Source of the DNA: an uncultured Candidatus Entotheonella sp.
GTDB taxonomy: Bacteria; Tectomicrobia; Entotheonellia; Entotheonellales; Entotheonellaceae
Direction: 5' to 3'
Length of the DNA: 64,000 bases
NCBI GenBank assembly: GCA_965217185.1
Contig: OZ244252.1
Location: 1,248,001-1,312,000 of the forward strand
The notes beneath the pieces were generated by a model. The model saw only the letters and a list, made by a program, of their open reading frames with translations, did not search any database and was not told the DNA's origin. The position numbers and the translations under genes are program-made. This document shows positions 59,597 through 64,000 of the stretch, one piece after another (position 1 is the stretch's first letter; the number at the start of each line of letters is the position of its first letter).

Positions 59597-60349
59597 ATGA
59601 GCGAATGTTTGACTGACATACGGGATGCCAACTTCGGGTACGGCCGCACAAGTGTCTTGCAAGGGGTGCAATTCTCCCTTGCGGCGGGAGATTTCGTCGG
59701 CCTTGTCGGACCCAACGGCGCCGGCAAGACCACCTTGTTGCGCGGCTTGTTGGGCCTGATCAGGCCGCAGCGTGGAGAGAGGCGGATCAACCCTCCTGAC
59801 GGCGCTGCCGACGTGGTATTCGGCTACGTGCCGCAGGAAAAGGCGGTTGATCCGTTTTTCCCGTTGTCGGTGCTGGACGTTGTGCTCATGGGGCGTTACC
59901 GGCTGCTCGGGCCGGGCCGGCGTCCGATGCTGGTGGACCGGCGTGCGGCACTGGTGTGTCTTGGCCACGTGCAGCTTGAGCATCTCGCTGACGCATCCTT
60001 TCAGGATTTGTCAGGCGGTCAGAAACAGCGGGTCCTTCTGGCCCGTGCTTTGGCCACCGAGCCGCACGTCCTGGTGCTCGATGAACCGACTAGCGCCATG
60101 GACCTGGCAGCTGAAAAACGGCTCATGGCCGTCATCAGCGAGCAGCACGAGGCCCGAGGGCTGACGGTCATGCTGGCAACACACGACTTGAACCTGATCG
60201 GGCGTTACGCCTCCAAAATTGCCATTGTCGCGGCTGGGCAGGTCATTAGCGGCTCGCCAGCGGAACTTTTGCAAACCCGGCAACTCAGTGAGGTATACGG
60301 CGTCGAGTTGCAGGTGCACGAAGTCCAGGGCCGGCGGTTAATCGTCTGA
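59597..60349 (+). CDS. Metal ABC transporter ATPase (ZnuC/MntA-like)
   Basis: GPNGAGKTT, GYVPQ, LSGGQKQRV, LDEPT, THDL. Confidence 0.93.
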   Translation: MSECLTDIRDANFGYGRTSVLQGVQFSLAAGDFVGLVGPNGAGKTTLLRGLLGLIRPQRGERRINPPDGAADVVFGYVPQEKAVDPFFPLSVLDVVLMGRYRLLGPGRRPMLVDRRAALVCLGHVQLEHLADASFQDLSGGQKQRVLLARALATEPHVLVLDEPTSAMDLAAEKRLMAVISEQHEARGLTVMLATHDLNLIGRYASKIAIVAAGQVISGSPAELLQTRQLSEVYGVELQVHEVQGRRLIV

Positions 60350-60369
60350 GGATGCGGGGAGTCAACGCG

Positions 60370-62622
60370 ATGTGGGAAATGCTTTCCTACCCATTCTTCC
60401 AGTCGGCGCTCATCGCCGGAACGTTGTCGGCGGCCATGTGTGCCCTGGTGGGGGTGTACGTCCTGCTCAAGCGCGTTGTGTTCGTCGGCATTACACTGGC
60501 CCAGCTTGCTTCACTGGGCGTGGCGGTGGCTTTGCTCATCGACGTACACCCGATGATCATGGCCCTGGTAACGACCTTGACGGGTGTGGCCTGTTTTGCA
60601 TTGACCCGTACCGGCCAACGCGTTCCGCAGGAAGGGGTGATCGGTGCCAGCTACGTGATGGCGGCGGCGTTGGGCATCATTTGCGTGGCCAAAAATCCCA
60701 CGGGCGAGGCGCGCAATCTGAAGGTGCTGTTCGGCAACATCCTGTCCGTTCACACGGGGGAGATGGTCGCCCTCGCCGTGCTTTTGGCGGTGATAGCCAT
60801 CGTACACGTGGTTTTCTACAAGGAGTTCCTGTTCGTATCTTTCGACCCGGAAACCGCCCAGGCTCAGGGAATCAACGTACGCGGGTGGGACCTTCTGCTG
60901 TACCTCACCATCGGTCTGGCGATCGCGTTTTCCATTCACTCAATGGGGGTGTTACTCGTGTTTGCACTGCTGCTTGTTCCGGCCATGACGGCGCGCCTTG
61001 TGGCTCACAGGATGATGGCTTTGTTTGCCCTGGCCATTGGTTTCGGGGTTGTCGCAGTTCCGCTCGGTCTGTATTTGGCCGTACGTATTGACCTGCCGAC
61101 CGGCACTGCGGTGGCCGGCACGTGCGTGGTCATGCTGCTCGCCGTCCTGACGGGTCGCGGTTTGTATCGCAATGCTGCACGCTTGGCGGCGGGGGCTGCG
61201 GTGCTGCTGTTGGCATTTGGCTTGGCGATGCCGGGTTCCGTTTCCGCCCAGGATACGGAGGTTGAACAGCGCCTGCAGGAGTTGCAGCATGAAATACAAG
61301 ACCTGCGTAATAGCCTGCGTGGTCAGCAGTTACGGCTACCGGGCGGCTTGCTGCTCAACCCGGAAATGCGCGTCGAAGGCAACTTCCAAGGCAATCGAGG
61401 CTGGGGCTTGCAACGAAACGCCGAGTACGAGGGTTTCCCCAACAATCGCTTCAATATCCGTGAGGTCGAACTCGGCTTCCGGGCCTCGGTGGACCCCTTC
61501 ACGGTTCTGGAAACGGTTATCAGCGCCCAGCGTCTGGTCGAAATCGAATTTGAGGACGGGGAAGAGGAATTGCCCCGCGAACTCGATTCCGAAGTGGAAT
61601 TCGAGGAGGCGCACCTGACCTTTGCGCGGCTGCCGCTGCGCTTGCGCGGCAAGTTGGGTCTCATGCGCACCAGCTTCGGTGAGTACAACGACGATGACCC
61701 CGATGAGTTCCCGCAAATCGACCCGCCAAACGTTATCGTGCATCTCTATGGCGAGGAAGGCGAGGGCTGGAAGGAACCCGGCCTCAACCTGAACTACCAG
61801 TTCGCCAGCCCGTTTTCCGAACGCATGACGCACGTCATCTGGTTTGGGCTCTACAGCGGCGAAAATGGGACTGCCTTTCACGGCGGGCAGCTTGACAAGC
61901 CGGTTTGGTTCACGCGGGCTGAGTTGTTCTACGAAGTGGCGCCGCGGGCAGGTCTGGAACTCGGCCTCAGTTTTGCTGCCGGGAAGCGCTTCGAATGCTT
62001 GGAACCCGGTGAACCCCTGGAATGTTTTGGGGGCGACGATGACGATGATAATGGAGATGGCGACGGCCACGCCGTGAATGGCAACGGCGATGACGACAAT
62101 GGAGACAATGACGGCCACGCCATGAATGGCAATGATGACGACGACGATAATGGTGACGATGACGGTGTCGAAAGGCTCGCTGAGGAATTCGATACCATGC
62201 TCATGAACGTCCACTTCGAGTTCGATTGGCGCCCGCCGTTGTACAGCCTGGAGCACAGTTTCGGCTTCTTGAGCGAAGTCTTTTATTCCAGGGTGGAGCG
62301 CATGGACGGCACGCTGAATCAGTGGGGTGGCTACGCGCTGTTTCAGTACGGCATCAATGCCAATTTGGCCCTTGGCGCCCGACTCGATGTGGCTGAATGC
62401 CCCGGGTTTTCTTCGTCGTTGTGTGCCGTAATGAAAAGCGACACACCCATTGAGGACCGCTCCGAATGGGCCTTCTCACCCATCCTCACCTACAACCCGA
62501 GCCCCTATCTGACACTGCGGGCGCAATACAAGCACACCCAGCGAAATTATGCCGAGGATTCCCAAGAGTTCCTTCTGCAGGCGCTGTTCATCATCGGCTA
62601 CGAGCGTCCGGACGTTTTCTAG
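60370..62622 (+). CDS. Fusion of a ZnuB-like ABC-3 permease to an outer-membrane beta-barrel/porin via an internal signal peptide
   Basis: N-terminal ABC-3 motifs (GVYVLLKR, LFGNIL, SFDPETA, GVLLVFALLLVPA); RNAARLAAGAAVLLLAFGLAMPGSVSA-QD; coiled coil; amphipathic beta strands; terminal Phe. Confidence 0.85.
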   Translation: MWEMLSYPFFQSALIAGTLSAAMCALVGVYVLLKRVVFVGITLAQLASLGVAVALLIDVHPMIMALVTTLTGVACFALTRTGQRVPQEGVIGASYVMAAALGIICVAKNPTGEARNLKVLFGNILSVHTGEMVALAVLLAVIAIVHVVFYKEFLFVSFDPETAQAQGINVRGWDLLLYLTIGLAIAFSIHSMGVLLVFALLLVPAMTARLVAHRMMALFALAIGFGVVAVPLGLYLAVRIDLPTGTAVAGTCVVMLLAVLTGRGLYRNAARLAAGAAVLLLAFGLAMPGSVSAQDTEVEQRLQELQHEIQDLRNSLRGQQLRLPGGLLLNPEMRVEGNFQGNRGWGLQRNAEYEGFPNNRFNIREVELGFRASVDPFTVLETVISAQRLVEIEFEDGEEELPRELDSEVEFEEAHLTFARLPLRLRGKLGLMRTSFGEYNDDDPDEFPQIDPPNVIVHLYGEEGEGWKEPGLNLNYQFASPFSERMTHVIWFGLYSGENGTAFHGGQLDKPVWFTRAELFYEVAPRAGLELGLSFAAGKRFECLEPGEPLECFGGDDDDDNGDGDGHAVNGNGDDDNGDNDGHAMNGNDDDDDNGDDDGVERLAEEFDTMLMNVHFEFDWRPPLYSLEHSFGFLSEVFYSRVERMDGTLNQWGGYALFQYGINANLALGARLDVAECPGFSSSLCAVMKSDTPIEDRSEWAFSPILTYNPSPYLTLRAQYKHTQRNYAEDSQEFLLQALFIIGYERPDVF
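62047..62142 (+). repeat. 48-nt in-frame tandem duplication encoding an Asp/Asn/Gly loop
   Basis: DNGDGDGHAVNGNGDD / DNGDNDGHAMNGNDDD starting at 62047 and 62095. Confidence 0.8.
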
Positions 62623-62634
62623 GAGGAAGCACCA

Positions 62635-63597
62635 GTGACCACGATTTCTACAACTATGCGTTCGGCAGTGCTGGGTGCTCTGACCCTGGCATTCGTGTTG
62701 ACCTCCGGTGGTTGGGCCGCTGAGCACGGGCAGTCCGCGTTCCTGGTCGGGAGCACCACCGACTTTACCGCCATTGCCAAGGAGATCGGTGGGGACCGGG
62801 TGCAGGTCTACGCGCCGCTTCCCGGATACCAGGAGCCCGAGTTGTATATCGAAGAGGTGTTTCCGTCCTGGATCATCCAGGCGTCGCGGGCCGATGGCTA
62901 TATCCGCATCGGGCTTTTCGCCGATGTGTGGGCGGACGCTCTGATGATTGATGCGCGCAACCCACTCATCTATCCCGGCGCGCCAGGGCACGTTGACGCC
63001 TCCCAGGGCATCCACGTGCTGGAAGTCCCGACCGGCCCGGTGGACCGTTCTCGGGGCGAGATTCACCTGCAAGGCAATCCGCATTACTTGCTGGATCCGC
63101 TAAACGCCAAGATCGTTGCCGACAGCATCCTGCGGGCATTGGTGGCTATTTCGCCGGAGGAAGAGGATTTCTTCACGGCTAATGCTGAGGATTTCAAAAG
63201 CCGTATCGACGAGGCCATGGTGCGTTGGCAGGAAATGGCTGCGCCCCTGCGGGGCAAGAAACTGGCAGCGTATCATCGCACGTGGTCCTACTTGCTGAAG
63301 CGTTTCGGCCTGGAGATCGTGGGTTACGTGGAGCCCAAGCCGGGCATCGCGCCGTCGCCGCTGGAACTACGCAATCTGGTGAACGCGATGGTGCGGCAGA
63401 ACGTTCGGCTCATCGTCCACGCGCCGGTTTATCACCCGCGCACGCCGCGCGCCGTGGCCCGCCAGGTGGTAGCTCAAATTGGCGAGCCCGTCACGGTGCT
63501 GAAGCTGCCCGCGCATGTCGGCGGGGTGCCCGAAGCGGACAATTTTTTCGCCCTCTTTGACTACCTCCTGACGACGTTGAACGAGGTCCTGAATTAA
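62635..63597 (+). CDS. Cluster A-I (ZnuA/TroA-like) metal-binding protein
   Basis: Signal peptide; IAKEIGGDRV, GNPHYLLDP, AYHRTWSY, EPKPGIAPS; GTG after AGGAGG. Confidence 0.9.
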   Translation: MTTISTTMRSAVLGALTLAFVLTSGGWAAEHGQSAFLVGSTTDFTAIAKEIGGDRVQVYAPLPGYQEPELYIEEVFPSWIIQASRADGYIRIGLFADVWADALMIDARNPLIYPGAPGHVDASQGIHVLEVPTGPVDRSRGEIHLQGNPHYLLDPLNAKIVADSILRALVAISPEEEDFFTANAEDFKSRIDEAMVRWQEMAAPLRGKKLAAYHRTWSYLLKRFGLEIVGYVEPKPGIAPSPLELRNLVNAMVRQNVRLIVHAPVYHPRTPRAVARQVVAQIGEPVTVLKLPAHVGGVPEADNFFALFDYLLTTLNEVLN

Positions 63598-63606
63598 GAT
63601 AGGCTT

Positions 63607-63648
63607 GCCCCTGCTGATCGGGAGGGTTCCTCCATTGATCGGCGGGGC
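63607..63648 (+). terminator. Hairpin after the metal-binding protein gene
   Basis: GCCCCTGCTGATC...GATCGGCGGGGC with a weak U-tract. Confidence 0.45.
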
Positions 63649-63682
63649 CTACTTTATCTCAACCAACATAGGAAGGTTAGAC

Positions 63683-64000
63683 ATGCGTATCACCGCACGG
63701 AGTTTCGTGCCGCTGGGCGTAGCCCTTGGGCTGCTTTTTTGCGCCGCCACGGTTGCTGCCCTCGAAATTCGGCTCATCTATGTGGGCAGCACGGACGAGT
63801 CGGCGTGGCTCGGCGTATTGCAGGGTCAGCATGAGGCCAACATCCAGGGGCGTTTTCTTGACCAGACCTACGCCGTGAAAGCGATGACGCCGGAGGCGTT
63901 TTCGCAGTCGGAGCCGCAAGCCGCTGCGATTGTCGCAGCGGGCGACGCCTCAGCGCTGCAGAGCCTGAGCGAGGCGATGCACGGCGTCGCCGTGTTTAAC
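63683..64000 (+). CDS. Periplasmic binding protein of the PQQ-alcohol-dehydrogenase-associated ABC family (LutA/PedA1-like), runs off the window edge
   Basis: Not in the ORF track; translation MRITARSFVPLGVALGLLFCAATVAA-LEIRLIYVG...GQHEANIQGRFLDQTY...VAVFN; the N-x2-GRFL-x-Q motif matches my recollection of this family. Confidence 0.65.
   Translation, partial: MRITARSFVPLGVALGLLFCAATVAALEIRLIYVGSTDESAWLGVLQGQHEANIQGRFLDQTYAVKAMTPEAFSQSEPQAAAIVAAGDASALQSLSEAMHGVAVFN

Noticed and set aside
1..64000. CRISPR array, rRNA, prophage, transposase or integrase
   Set aside because: No regularly spaced repeats or recognisable motifs were seen by eye.

Overview
GC-rich bacterial chromosomal window; the gene mix (LLM monooxygenase, CaiB CoA-transferase, phytoene-dehydrogenase-like oxidoreductases, halogenase, many small TA genes) is reminiscent of Tectomicrobia/deltaproteobacteria-like lineages, which is an inference only. 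Layout: (1) 1-18.6 kb housekeeping and stress genes (hisG, hisI, haloacid dehalogenase, Mrp/ApbC, an RpoD-family sigma factor, ahcY, truncated globin, tenA, an OmpR-type two-component system with a DegP protease), plus a hidden glutaredoxin-DinB selenoprotein with an in-frame TGA in a UxxC motif. (2) 18.6-29.8 kb defence island bounded by palindromic repeats: several orphan antitoxins, HigBA, an HTH-ImmA/IrrE protease, a KAP NTPase, DUF4258-YgiT and a type III R-M system. (3) 29.9-38 kb orphan peptide-binding protein and an oxidative tailoring cluster (flavin halogenase, LLM, P450, Ser-less alpha/beta hydrolase). (4) 39.7-43 kb second mini defence island (HEPN pair, ABC-ATPase plus TOPRIM-like gene). 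(5) 49.6-64 kb, the most interesting part: a PQQ dehydrogenase with the lanthanide-type DxxDYD motif but no vicinal Cys-Cys, its cytochrome c, an mxaS/L/K/C-like DUF58-VWA-TPR-VWA module, a NarX/NarL-type two-component system, and a ZnuABC-like transporter. The transporter's permease is fused through an internal signal peptide to an outer-membrane barrel, and its usual His metal motifs appear replaced by Asp/Glu; a LutA/PedA1-like binding protein follows. I infer a candidate lanthanide (hard cation) uptake and utilisation system. No rRNA, tRNA, CRISPR array, integrase or transposase was recognised.
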